DNA from: Bacteroidaceae bacterium
GTDB lineage: Bacteria; Bacteroidota; Bacteroidia; Bacteroidales; Bacteroidaceae
DNA: 64,000 nucleotides
NCBI GenBank assembly: GCA_045631905.1
Contig: JAZQVO010000038.1
Coordinates: 1,440 to 65,439, forward strand
Direction of reading: 5' to 3'
The first letter of the stretch is position 1; each line of letters starts with the position of its first letter. A program made the position numbers and the translations under genes. Below, in pieces: positions 22,628-31,784 of this stretch. The notes below the pieces were generated by a model. That model was not told the origin of the DNA and ran no database searches. It saw nothing but the letters and a program-made list of their open reading frames with translations.

Positions 22628-24469
22628 TTAACGATAGCGATACATTATATCCTTGGTAGCATCGAACCCTGTCGAAAAATCATTGTTCTCAATAGTTACA
22701 TTCACCACCCTGTCGAAGAGGAAACGATGCTTGTTCCAGTGAAAAGGCACATAGTCGTTATTCTGTACAATCTTGTTATTGCGGAACACAAAGCCATCGA
22801 GCGACTTTGCATAAACGATAGGCACATCGAATGTCTCAAAAACATTATCCTCAATTACCACACCCGTGCCATCGCCACCATGAAAATATTTTGTCTGCGC
22901 CTGCAAGTTAGGAATTTCGGGGAATATCGATATAATACCATCGGTAAATTGGAACATATTAGTAAGCGCATTGATAAAACGGTTATTACGAATGAGCACA
23001 TTACGGCAAGCACCCGTCTCGAACCACCCGTTGCAGTCGCCACACAAAAGAATAGCCGTTCCCGATGTATGGTCGAAGGTGTTATTCTCAACACGCACAT
23101 TCTTGGGCGTACTGAACAAAGCCCCTCTCGCACGATTATTGGCAATCATATTGTCGCAGAAGACCACCTCTGGAGTCCATACAAGATTTTCAACACCATA
23201 ATCGCCACAAGCAATATCGGTAGCAACCACATCGCGCAAAGTAATCTTAAACTCCTTTGCCCCATCGACCGAAGGCTTGTCATACGGCTCAATCTTCTCA
23301 ATCACATTAGGCTCGCACACCTCCATAGTCGAAGAACGCACAAACTGCACTTTGTCGCCCTCGCCTCCCCAATAAAAGCCATACGCCTGCGAGTGCATAT
23401 AACGCCCCACTATAACATTATCGGCAAGACGCTGTGTCACACGCAAATAAGTCCCATGCACATTTATAGCATCGTCCATCATACCCGTGTAAACACCATT
23501 ATTCGAACGAATCAACCCCTTGCAACCCGAAAAGTGAGTAGCATCGGCCTGAGTACTGAAATATCGGCCCTCGCTCTTGCGTGGAACAACATTAAAATAT
23601 TCGAGATCAATATTATCGCTATTCTGCGCCAAAAGACCCATACCCTCGGCATAATAGACGTAAACACGAGAAAGAGTGGTATTCTTGCACTTAGAGACAA
23701 AGATACCCGGTGTGGGGCGTGCATACGAACGCATAGCAACCACGGTGCCCGGCAACAGACGAGAATCGCGCCACGGAGCACGGATAAGACCGTGCGCAAC
23801 CTCCTCGACACCATTCACACCAACCCCAATATCGCTTGTACGATAGACCAAACGACCCGTTTTTCCATCGAAAGCAATTCCGGCCGAAGGAGTCATCTCC
23901 CAATTACTGCCAGACACGACCAACCTTCCACCTGCAACCTTGTAATTTACATAAGGAGCAACACGATAGGTAATATAACCACTCTCGGTATCATTCTCAA
24001 CAACCTCAACCTGAGTAATTTGCGGTACACGCGTATCTATCACTATTGAGCTTAGCTCGCAATTATCGCAGCCAACCATAGCCACAGGCAACATACGCCC
24101 ATTCATTAAAAATTGTGTAGCACCGACATCATCGCCACCATAATATTCGGCACCTTGAAGAGTAAAATTCCTCAAACCCTCCAACACAACAGCCACACGC
24201 TTGGGATTATCCTGGTCGTGGTTCGAAACATAATATTCGCGCACATTTGCGCTATCGGGGTAAAAATCATACTCACCCGCCTCAAAAACCAAACGCGCAG
24301 GCCTTCCTTTACGTTCCGCCTTGATCGTTTCAACAGCCGTTGCAAGCTCTTTTGTCATGTCCTTGCCCGTGTTAGGCACAACACCAAAATATTTTGCCTG
24401 ATAAACCTTTTCGCCGGCACATGCTGTAAATAAAACAGCAGTAAGCACAAATAGAAATATTTTTTTCAT
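22628..24469 (-). CDS. GH110-family alpha-1,3-galactosidase-like parallel beta-helix lipoprotein
   Basis: Lipobox LFTAC. There are long collinear matches to my memory of Bacteroides GlaB: REYYVSNHDQDNPKR, YAEGMGLLAQ, QADATHFSGCKG, MMDDAINVHGTYL, NNRARGALFSTPK, SGTAILLCGDCNGWFETGACRNV, RFINALTNMFQF. Confidence 0.8.
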   Translation of the reverse strand: MKKIFLFVLTAVLFTACAGEKVYQAKYFGVVPNTGKDMTKELATAVETIKAERKGRPARLVFEAGEYDFYPDSANVREYYVSNHDQDNPKRVAVVLEGLRNFTLQGAEYYGGDDVGATQFLMNGRMLPVAMVGCDNCELSSIVIDTRVPQITQVEVVENDTESGYITYRVAPYVNYKVAGGRLVVSGSNWEMTPSAGIAFDGKTGRLVYRTSDIGVGVNGVEEVAHGLIRAPWRDSRLLPGTVVAMRSYARPTPGIFVSKCKNTTLSRVYVYYAEGMGLLAQNSDNIDLEYFNVVPRKSEGRYFSTQADATHFSGCKGLIRSNNGVYTGMMDDAINVHGTYLRVTQRLADNVIVGRYMHSQAYGFYWGGEGDKVQFVRSSTMEVCEPNVIEKIEPYDKPSVDGAKEFKITLRDVVATDIACGDYGVENLVWTPEVVFCDNMIANNRARGALFSTPKNVRVENNTFDHTSGTAILLCGDCNGWFETGACRNVLIRNNRFINALTNMFQFTDGIISIFPEIPNLQAQTKYFHGGDGTGVVIEDNVFETFDVPIVYAKSLDGFVFRNNKIVQNNDYVPFHWNKHRFLFDRVVNVTIENNDFSTGFDATKDIMYRYR

Positions 24470-24580
24470 AATTAAAAATTAATCATTTTTCGCGAAGATA
24501 CAAAAAAGGAAAGAGCACACAATAAATTAATAAACAAAAAGTAATCTTCTTTTATAAAAAGACTTTATTATGTCAAAATT

Positions 24581-25124
24581 TTGAAAAAAAATATTATTAT
24601 TTTTAATATTGCCGAAACTAAGAAACAAAACCATGGAACTAAGCTATTTTTTACCGAAAAGAGACTCACCTACATAGCAATTATCGTTAGTGTACTATCG
24701 CTCCTGCAATACACATGCGATGGGAGCAAAAAAGACAAAACAACCAAAGTAGAAAAGACCCAACTATACAGGAGGCGAAGCGGTAGAAAACTCCTTGACA
24801 GCCTTTAACACCTATGGCGAATACAACAGCGTAACATTCAAAGTAGGTTGCCTCCCCTTGGCAAGAGTAAAATCGACAGAGCCCGAACACCTTATGATAG
24901 GTGCCGACCACAAAGTCATGGCCAACATCGCGCTGTACGAAGATATGGAACCTACGGAATTTACCGTTCCCATCGATGGTTGCCAGCAACTTATATTCTG
25001 GCTGGCAAACAAAGGTGGCAACTCGGCCCAATACGTATTCTACGATATTGTTCTGACAAAAGACAAACTTCCACTCAAAATCCCCGCAAAGTCACAGATG
25101 GAGATACCAGCCCCAGCCGAATAG
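24581..25124 (+). pseudogene. Small lipoprotein-like gene (possible NPCBM-like beta-sandwich) split over at least two frames
   Basis: ORF 24581-24808 (signal-like IAIIVSVLSLLQYTC) and ORF 24795-25124 overlap in different frames. The second frame is open back to the TAG at 24750-24752 and reads ...NYTGGEAVENSLTAFNTYGEYNSVTFKV. Neither piece has an in-frame ATG. An ATG at 24633 is one T6-run frameshift away from the signal peptide frame. Confidence 0.4.
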
Positions 25125-25149
25125 GCGAGAATAAGCTACAACATAAAAG

Positions 25150-25171
25150 AACCGTGGTCGCAACCACGGTT
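25150..25171 (+). terminator. Hairpin after the split lipoprotein gene; the last host-like feature before the AT-rich island
   Basis: aaccgtggt / accacggtt forms a 9-bp stem with a 4-nt loop, and has no strong T-tract. Confidence 0.4.
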
Positions 25172-25284
25172 GAACCAAAATATGATTTGTATTTTGCTGA
25201 TTATCAGTAATACAATAACGAAAACTCTACGAATTGATACCATAAAGTTCCAGTTGTTTTTTTATACAGAGTTTTAATGTAAAA

Positions 25285-26166
25285 TTACAATCCCCAGTTT
25301 TTCAAGTTATATGTGGATTCTATGTCTGCTTCAAGGTCATCATCAAGTTCTGAAAAGAAATCAATCCCTGAAATAATCTCTAGGTCATCTACGCTCATCG
25401 CGCACTTCTGCATATTCTCATTGTTATTATGGTTGTACATAACAAATGCTATAGTTTGTCCTCCTGCAAAAATAGCTTTAAAGAATGCGTCTGGTACAAC
25501 AACTTTATTATTTCCTATAGCCCCATATTCATTATTCCATACAAGAGGACCAGTTACTACAGTAACACAGCCATATCGATTAGCCCACTCTCTAACCTTC
25601 TTTTCGAGAGTATTCCATTGACCTGAGTTCAGTGACTGATTCTGAGGACAACAGTTTGTATAGTAGAAAGTCTCAATCATTGCTTGATGACTCCATTTGA
25701 AATCAGCTGCGGGAGCCATGTGACCTTTCGACCATCCTGAATTTTTATAATCATAGTCGTCAGCTTGTGGAAGGTTTGCAGATGGATCTTGACAGAAATT
25801 AAGACCTTTTCTTTAATATGGCCCGTCTGTTTCGGTGGACATGAGTTCATATTTGACCCATTTGGGAATTTTGTATTTGGGATTATATATAACCTCATAT
25901 CCAGCATACGAGATTGTAGGATATTCTTTCTCCTTTATTTTTGTTGGAGTATCAATTGACGGTGTCGCATTGTTTTCCTTTGATACGTCCTTCGTCAGCT
26001 TTCTATAGTCTGCATATGCAGATATAGATTTCTTCTCTTGATTCTCCTCTATCACTAAGGTGTGAACAGAATCCTTTGTTTCAGTATTCGTATAATTGAT
26101 ACATCCGCATACAAAAGTGAGAGAAAGAATACAAGGGATGAAGTACAATATAGATTTTTTAATCAT
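25285..26166 (-). pseudogene. DNA/RNA non-specific endonuclease (NucA/EndoG-type His-Me finger) lipoprotein, interrupted by one in-frame TAA
   Basis: ORFs 25813-26166 and 25285-25719 are in the same frame. My translation across the gap reads ...STETDGPY*RKGLNFCQDPSANLPQADDYDYKNSGWSKGHMAPAADFKWSHQ...CCPQNQSLNSGQWNTLE, which contains the GH catalytic motif and the PQ..N.G.W..LE block. The N-terminus MIKKSILYFIPCILSLTFVCGC is a lipoprotein signal. Confidence 0.75.
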
Positions 26167-26899
26167 TCATTTTGATATTACCAATTATAGGAACTATATG
26201 TATCAAGAATCGCTGATTGAATTTTTCGTAGTCGCTCTTCTTTATTTCTTGGCCAACGACATATTCAGAACTTTGTTTATAGTCCTCTTCTGTAAATCTA
26301 GGCACACCACCTTCTCCACTACCACTGATTACCAATTCACACTTATCCATATTCGAGAAATCTATAGCAGCCTCTTCTTTCCAAAATCTATGTAATGCTA
26401 GTGCTCTTTGGTAACTTAGTACATCATTATTGTAATGTTCATTTGTGTAGTATCCATCAGCAGATGCTTGTCCCTCGATTACAACAAGATATTTAATATC
26501 CTGTTTGATGGATTTGTTGTTTTGTAACGAGGTTATTGTCTTCTGAATTTCTTTTCCTGCATCAACAATCTGTTTTCTTAGTTCGTTTGCAACTATGATA
26601 TTGGTTTTGTCTTCCTCTAGTTCATAAAGACTAAACTTGCCTTTTTGATATGTTACCTGTATACGGAAGATGTGCTTAACAAATTGAGGATTGAACTCAA
26701 AGTATGTAGGGTCAATATTTTCTACAACTTTGTATATAGATTGAATCTCCTCATACTTTTTTACTATTTTTTTTAGCTCCTCTTCTTTGATTCTAAACCT
26801 ACTATAAGAAACAGCAAAGAGAACCACCATAATTGCAAATAAAGTGGTCATAATATCCACATATGTGGTCCAAAATGAATCTTTATTTCTTTGCTTCAT
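26159..26899 (-). CDS. MotB/ZorB-like protein: N-terminal TM helix with a conserved Asp plus an OmpA-like peptidoglycan-binding domain
   Basis: 246 aa. FWTTYVDIMTTLFAIMVVLF resembles the MotB plug/TM segment (the W..YADfMT pattern, Asp at residue 15). VVIEGQASADGYYTNEHYNNDVLSYQRALALHRFW resembles the OmpA/MotB C-domain (the GHTD...N..LS..RA pattern). Confidence 0.75.
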   Translation of the reverse strand: MKQRNKDSFWTTYVDIMTTLFAIMVVLFAVSYSRFRIKEEELKKIVKKYEEIQSIYKVVENIDPTYFEFNPQFVKHIFRIQVTYQKGKFSLYELEEDKTNIIVANELRKQIVDAGKEIQKTITSLQNNKSIKQDIKYLVVIEGQASADGYYTNEHYNNDVLSYQRALALHRFWKEEAAIDFSNMDKCELVISGSGEGGVPRFTEEDYKQSSEYVVGQEIKKSDYEKFNQRFLIHIVPIIGNIKMND

Positions 26900-26904
26900 A
26901 ATTC

Positions 26905-28575
26905 TTATTTCTTACTGCGAAATATTGACCAAATGCTCGGTTTTTCTGAAACATCATTTGGTTGTTTAATATTTTCAGAAGACGTAGCGATCTTTTTGTT
27001 CATTGAATCTAATGCTTGTTTTACACCGTCAAGCTGTCCCAATACTTTTGAAACTTTTTCAGAAACTTCTGGCTGTGTCTTTACATCAGCTTGTATAGAT
27101 GAAAGAAGCGCAATTAACTCTGGTATTTTTCCCAAATTAGATAAATACTTATTTTGAGCCTCAAGGTCTATTGATTTACGTATTTCAGCAATATATTCAT
27201 CACGTTTTGCCTCTACAGCAGACATACATTCCTTTACAATAACTTCGTATGCAGACTTAAAATCATTCATGGCTGATGCAAAGTCATCTCCATGATTATC
27301 AATAGCTGTACAATATTTTTCGTTCAACTGTTTGATCGCTTTTGTTTGAGCCTCATATATGACTTTTAACTCATCATCTGCAAGTTCTTGATATGATACA
27401 GCAAGATCTGTTTTCTTCTGAATAGCAGTTATCTGTTCTTGAATAAGATTCATTTGGCTATTACCAAGCAATTGAGTCTGAGCGATACTTATTCCAAGCG
27501 CATTAAGAGATTCTTCAAATGTAACAATACGATTAAGAATTGTATTAATCTTTTCGAATACTCTTTCAGGAACACTCATCTGTTCAATGAATTTGGATTG
27601 TGAATCAATAAGTTTAATAGAAGAATCTGCTATTTGTTCTTTTATGTCAGACAACTTGACAATTGAAGTTGATACTGAGTCGAATTTTTCAGATGCAGTA
27701 ATGAAACTATCCAAAGTTTTCAACGTTTCTCTCTGCTTCATTGTCTTAAGCAACTGATCTTGCATTCTTACATTTTCATTGATTAGAGACATATTGTCAC
27801 CCATAGTCTCAACAGCATCGGTTAAAAGTCTTACTTTATCGCCAAAAGAATCTCTTAATGTTTCAGTACATTCATTAAAAGCATCTTTAAAATCTCCAAT
27901 AACACCCTTGAATGCTGGTTCGAAAGTGTTTATAGTTCTATGCAATTTATTAAGTGCAGAGACCATACTAGTACCTAGCACTGGCATCAACTTGACCTGA
28001 ATAAAGTCGAAAAATTTATTTTTATCCTCTTCAACTTTTTTAAGTACATTTGCTGCAGTCGCATTTCCCCACATCATAAGGACTAAGCCTATAAGGCTCG
28101 TTACCATTGATACGATAATACCACCAATCAATGCAGATACAATTTCATCTGACACACCTGCTTTATCAACGCCAATTTTGAAACTTTGAAGGCCGATCCA
28201 AACACCAAAAAATGTACCCATCAAACCCAAATAAGTTGGAAATGATACTTTTGAAGTTGCATCCTCATACAAAGCTTCAAGCCTATTCTGAACTTTATCT
28301 TTGATAATTCCAAAATCAGTTGTACCCTCATTCTTTGCCAAGTATTCGTTAATTTCGTTGACTAACTCATTAAGTTTATTAGATGAGTTACCAATCATTA
28401 TTGAATAACCTGTCTCACCTTTTTCTACCTCCCATTTTTGAGAGTTAGGGAAAAAGTTTTTGAATTTACTAAGCTTTCGCAGTGTTGGGATAAATACCCA
28501 CAACTGCAAAATTGCAAAGAATATGATAGAAATCAACGGATTACTATCCAAGAAAAGATATATTTGTTCCATCAA
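26905..28575 (-). CDS. MotA/ExbB/TolQ-family channel protein with a C-terminal helical tail of about 370 aa (ZorA-like)
   Basis: 556 aa. TM1 spans residues 12-32. PTYLGLMGTFFGVWIGLQSF and LIGGIIVSMVTSLIGLVLMMWGN match the ExbB/MotA core (YLGLfGTvwG..., GIa.AL.tTa.GL). Residues about 186-556 are charged, helix-prone and lack TM segments. Confidence 0.75.
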   Translation of the reverse strand: MMEQIYLFLDSNPLISIIFFAILQLWVFIPTLRKLSKFKNFFPNSQKWEVEKGETGYSIMIGNSSNKLNELVNEINEYLAKNEGTTDFGIIKDKVQNRLEALYEDATSKVSFPTYLGLMGTFFGVWIGLQSFKIGVDKAGVSDEIVSALIGGIIVSMVTSLIGLVLMMWGNATAANVLKKVEEDKNKFFDFIQVKLMPVLGTSMVSALNKLHRTINTFEPAFKGVIGDFKDAFNECTETLRDSFGDKVRLLTDAVETMGDNMSLINENVRMQDQLLKTMKQRETLKTLDSFITASEKFDSVSTSIVKLSDIKEQIADSSIKLIDSQSKFIEQMSVPERVFEKINTILNRIVTFEESLNALGISIAQTQLLGNSQMNLIQEQITAIQKKTDLAVSYQELADDELKVIYEAQTKAIKQLNEKYCTAIDNHGDDFASAMNDFKSAYEVIVKECMSAVEAKRDEYIAEIRKSIDLEAQNKYLSNLGKIPELIALLSSIQADVKTQPEVSEKVSKVLGQLDGVKQALDSMNKKIATSSENIKQPNDVSEKPSIWSIFRSKK

Positions 28576-28578
28576 TGA

Positions 28579-31500
28579 TTAAGCCTTATAATTGGTTAAT
28601 TGTAACAATGCATCTGTTACAGGGATAAAGAATAATGTATCGTTATATTGTTCTTGTCCAGAATACACATCAATAATTTCTGTCTGTAACTTTGAATCCA
28701 GAACATCAGCAATGCCATCATTCACAAGTTCGAGAACTTTATCAGCTACGATTTGTCCGCTCACAGCGCCTTTTCTAATTAATAGACCGAGTACTTCTTT
28801 GTAGACATTATTCATAGCCTTAATCTGGCTGATAACATTTGTCTTGATATCAGTTTTGTATTTGCTTACAAGTTCATTCACATCTTCACATTCGTATTCT
28901 GAACCATCTCCATAATACACTACAGATATAGGCTGCTGAGCGCCTTCCTTGTGATATAATCCACCATAGCAAGTACTTTCCTTGCGTATTTCAGGAAGTA
29001 CAAGCTGAATGTCGTTAATCTCTTTTCCAAAGACTCTAGACATTACTAAGTGTGTAATCTCGGTAAGGAGAGTCTCGTTTGAAGTAATATACTGATCTAT
29101 ATAACGGCTACCATTGCCACTGAATGTTATAGTTCTAGGATAGCTTAACTTTTTAGCATTGAGCATAGAAGCCAGATAGTATACTGTTGCTGTAAAATGA
29201 TACGCGAAAGCAAAAGCAAAGTCATTTCTCAGTTTATCTGCAATCTTTGTTTCAACATTGTTGCTAATCCAAAAGTTGATGATATCCTGAGTTGTACTCT
29301 CATTGTTAGAAATCATATGAGAATTTAGACTCTTCAATGAATCAGTATCAAATCCGATTGTATCCTTATATTTATTGTAGATACCATTCTTTTTTGAGTT
29401 CTTGAATTTATCGAATGCGTTGCCCCACATAACATCACAACCAAAGTGTACAGAGTTTGCAATTTTAGGCTCTCCTTTCTGGAAATATACGAAATCAGTA
29501 GATCCTCCTCCAATATCTACGATTGCAACAGACTCAACGCTCTTGTATTCATCTTTAGCGTTGAAGTAGTAATATGGCGCCTCAGACTCAGTATAGCACT
29601 TAATCTGCTCTTTTGTCGATTCAATATTAAGGATATATTTTGCTTCTTCGGTCCAAATCTTTTCAAAGGTAGCTCTCTCGGTTTCTTTGAAGCTGAGTGG
29701 TCTAAACCAAATCACTCCTGTCTTAGAAATAATACCATTTTCCTGAAGAATGTCAGCCTTGATAATCAGCAACAACTCACGAATAAATACTCTGAGACAT
29801 TTTTCATCAGAAGACCATTTGATATTTGTGATAATTCTTTGATTAGCAGCAGGCTTGCTCTTTTCGTAGAAGAAGGCAATATTGCTGTTATCAAAGAGCG
29901 AAAGTTTAGAAGCGTCCTCCCCTGTAAAACACAATGCTGTTCTGATAGGGAATCTATACGCTTTACCGTCAATGTATGGTGGCACAAACTCAGTCTTAAA
30001 TGCAGTCTTAAATACATCAGGAGTATTATTCTCCCAACATAGAACAGGATTCTGCTGAGTGGATCCAGCCTTGTCGTGCAAGTAGCTTACTATTGGCTTA
30101 TCCATAGTAAGTTGCTGCGGCTCGTTCATTTCGCCTTTCTCCTTACGGGAGATATATGTATTTGATGTACCAAAGTCTATTGCGTATTCAAACACCTTAT
30201 CAGACTGTACCGCTATATCCCAAATGGGGAATAATGCAAATGTATAGTCTTTGCTGTCAATCGTCACAGTAGCAAGAACTGCATCAAAATTTGTATTGAA
30301 TACTTCATAAAATTTAGATCCGCAATCTATATTTAATCCCTGCTGTGAGCGGACAAATGCAGGTTTAACACCACTATCAAATGTATTATCGGTTGCTGTT
30401 TCTATAATCTGAAATTTACCTTCACAATCTCGATAGAAATCCAAACTGATATTATTCGCTGTAAATGTTCTTCTATCATTACCATCAAAAGCAGAAACAA
30501 GCACCTTGAAATAATTATTCTCCTCTTTCTTTGTTGATAAGACATTAGGGAATAGTGCTAAATCAAAGTTAACTTTTGCTGTATCAAGAGATATAATTAC
30601 ACCTTCGCCACTTTTTACAGCAGAGGTCTCAGCGCGATATGTCTTTTTAAATTCTTCACCGTTATGTTTGAATATAACTTCTACTGCCTTGTTCTTCTCT
30701 TGACAAACTGCTGTTAAATCTCCTTTTCCGATTACTTCGAATGCCTGTGATGAGAGAGGTATGAGATAATCGTAGTCTCTCTTAGAATTTTCGTTTACAA
30801 ACTCCATTGTCTGGAACTTGCTAGATGACAATCTATAGGGAACCTTGATAATAGCCTCAGAAAAATAATTCAAAGATTTGAGGTCCTTGCTCGTCATCAC
30901 ATTAACGCCGTTGACCTCAATAGCACTATTGTCGTTACTATAGATCGGACTTAATGAGGTGGCTTCCCAATTAGACTTAATTTCTGGATCCGAGTGGAAC
31001 GATTGAATATAGTCTCTAAGCTCATTGTATTTTGCATCAAGGGTGTCTCCATTGCCAAACAAGAAATTATACATATAATTTTTGAAGGCAACAGGACGTT
31101 TGTCAAAAAGCTGAATATCCTGGAAGTATTTGCCTGAGCTTTCTCTGTAAATTGGCCTGAGCGTATGATAATTCTCACCAACAAAAATCATCTTTCTTGC
31201 CGATCCACCTTTCTCGTCATCCTTGACTTCTTTCAAATCCATGTCTGGTGGAGTAATGAAACCTGTAAATGGAGAACTTGTTGCAAGAAGATATTCTTTA
31301 CCGTCTTGTTCAAGAATAATGAAAAAGAGTTTCTTTTCTCCTAAATCATCATTAAAGTAGCTCTCAATTGCAGTACCGAGAATTGGCACTGCAGTTTTAA
31401 GGGTTTTCAAATCATCGTTGTAATTCCACTCTTTAATAACAATCTTAAGACCTGTACCTTGCCATAAATTCTCATGGTAATTTTTGTTATACAGCAGTTC

Positions 31501-31773
31501 GAATACGTCAAGACAGTTAGAAACAAGACGCTCATATGCACGTCCAGCTTGTTTGGTCGGGTTATTTCTTTCTTCTAAGACTCTTCTAAATGCTTCTTTA
31601 AAAATATAGAATCTTGCAAATGGGGTCGGAAGAGCATTCAATGCTCCGCCGTTATCGGTTCTTTGTTCACCGATATTTCCTAAATCTGCAGCCGTTATAC
31701 GTCCTGGACCAGCAGTCCAATTAAACTCTGATGCCGCCCCCCTTTGAATAATATTTAAATCTACACTACTCAT
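28579..31773 (-). CDS. Large protein: unknown N-terminal region of about 520 aa plus a C-terminal Hsp70/actin-fold (ASKHA) ATPase domain
   Basis: 1064 aa. AIDFGTSNT (residues 531-539, phosphate-1), ESEAPYYY (729-736), VDIGGGSTD (752-760, phosphate-2), TFSGNGSRY (883-891, adenosine-type) and ESTCYGG (932-938) occur in the canonical Hsp70/actin order. Confidence 0.65.
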   Translation of the reverse strand: MSSVDLNIIQRGAASEFNWTAGPGRITAADLGNIGEQRTDNGGALNALPTPFARFYIFKEAFRRVLEERNNPTKQAGRAYERLVSNCLDVFELLYNKNYHENLWQGTGLKIVIKEWNYNDDLKTLKTAVPILGTAIESYFNDDLGEKKLFFIILEQDGKEYLLATSSPFTGFITPPDMDLKEVKDDEKGGSARKMIFVGENYHTLRPIYRESSGKYFQDIQLFDKRPVAFKNYMYNFLFGNGDTLDAKYNELRDYIQSFHSDPEIKSNWEATSLSPIYSNDNSAIEVNGVNVMTSKDLKSLNYFSEAIIKVPYRLSSSKFQTMEFVNENSKRDYDYLIPLSSQAFEVIGKGDLTAVCQEKNKAVEVIFKHNGEEFKKTYRAETSAVKSGEGVIISLDTAKVNFDLALFPNVLSTKKEENNYFKVLVSAFDGNDRRTFTANNISLDFYRDCEGKFQIIETATDNTFDSGVKPAFVRSQQGLNIDCGSKFYEVFNTNFDAVLATVTIDSKDYTFALFPIWDIAVQSDKVFEYAIDFGTSNTYISRKEKGEMNEPQQLTMDKPIVSYLHDKAGSTQQNPVLCWENNTPDVFKTAFKTEFVPPYIDGKAYRFPIRTALCFTGEDASKLSLFDNSNIAFFYEKSKPAANQRIITNIKWSSDEKCLRVFIRELLLIIKADILQENGIISKTGVIWFRPLSFKETERATFEKIWTEEAKYILNIESTKEQIKCYTESEAPYYYFNAKDEYKSVESVAIVDIGGGSTDFVYFQKGEPKIANSVHFGCDVMWGNAFDKFKNSKKNGIYNKYKDTIGFDTDSLKSLNSHMISNNESTTQDIINFWISNNVETKIADKLRNDFAFAFAYHFTATVYYLASMLNAKKLSYPRTITFSGNGSRYIDQYITSNETLLTEITHLVMSRVFGKEINDIQLVLPEIRKESTCYGGLYHKEGAQQPISVVYYGDGSEYECEDVNELVSKYKTDIKTNVISQIKAMNNVYKEVLGLLIRKGAVSGQIVADKVLELVNDGIADVLDSKLQTEIIDVYSGQEQYNDTLFFIPVTDALLQLTNYKA

Positions 31774-31784
31774 AGCCTTATGTC

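Noticed and set aside
22613-24049. A 478-aa plus-strand ORF antisense to the GH110 gene. Similar cases are 21137-21934, 4747-5520, 40304-41059 and 44541-45164.
   Set aside because: Each lies opposite a gene with strong family motifs. The translations are dominated by Ile, His, Arg, Thr and Leu and have no recognisable domains, so they are codon-bias artefacts.
26159-28575. Alternative reading of the MotA/MotB-like pair as ExbB-ExbD, TolQ-TolR or a flagellar stator.
   Set aside because: ExbD and TolR lack an OmpA-type PG-binding domain. No TonB, TolA or flagellar genes are adjacent, and Bacteroidales are non-flagellated. The long helical tail is not a feature of ExbB, TolQ or MotA.
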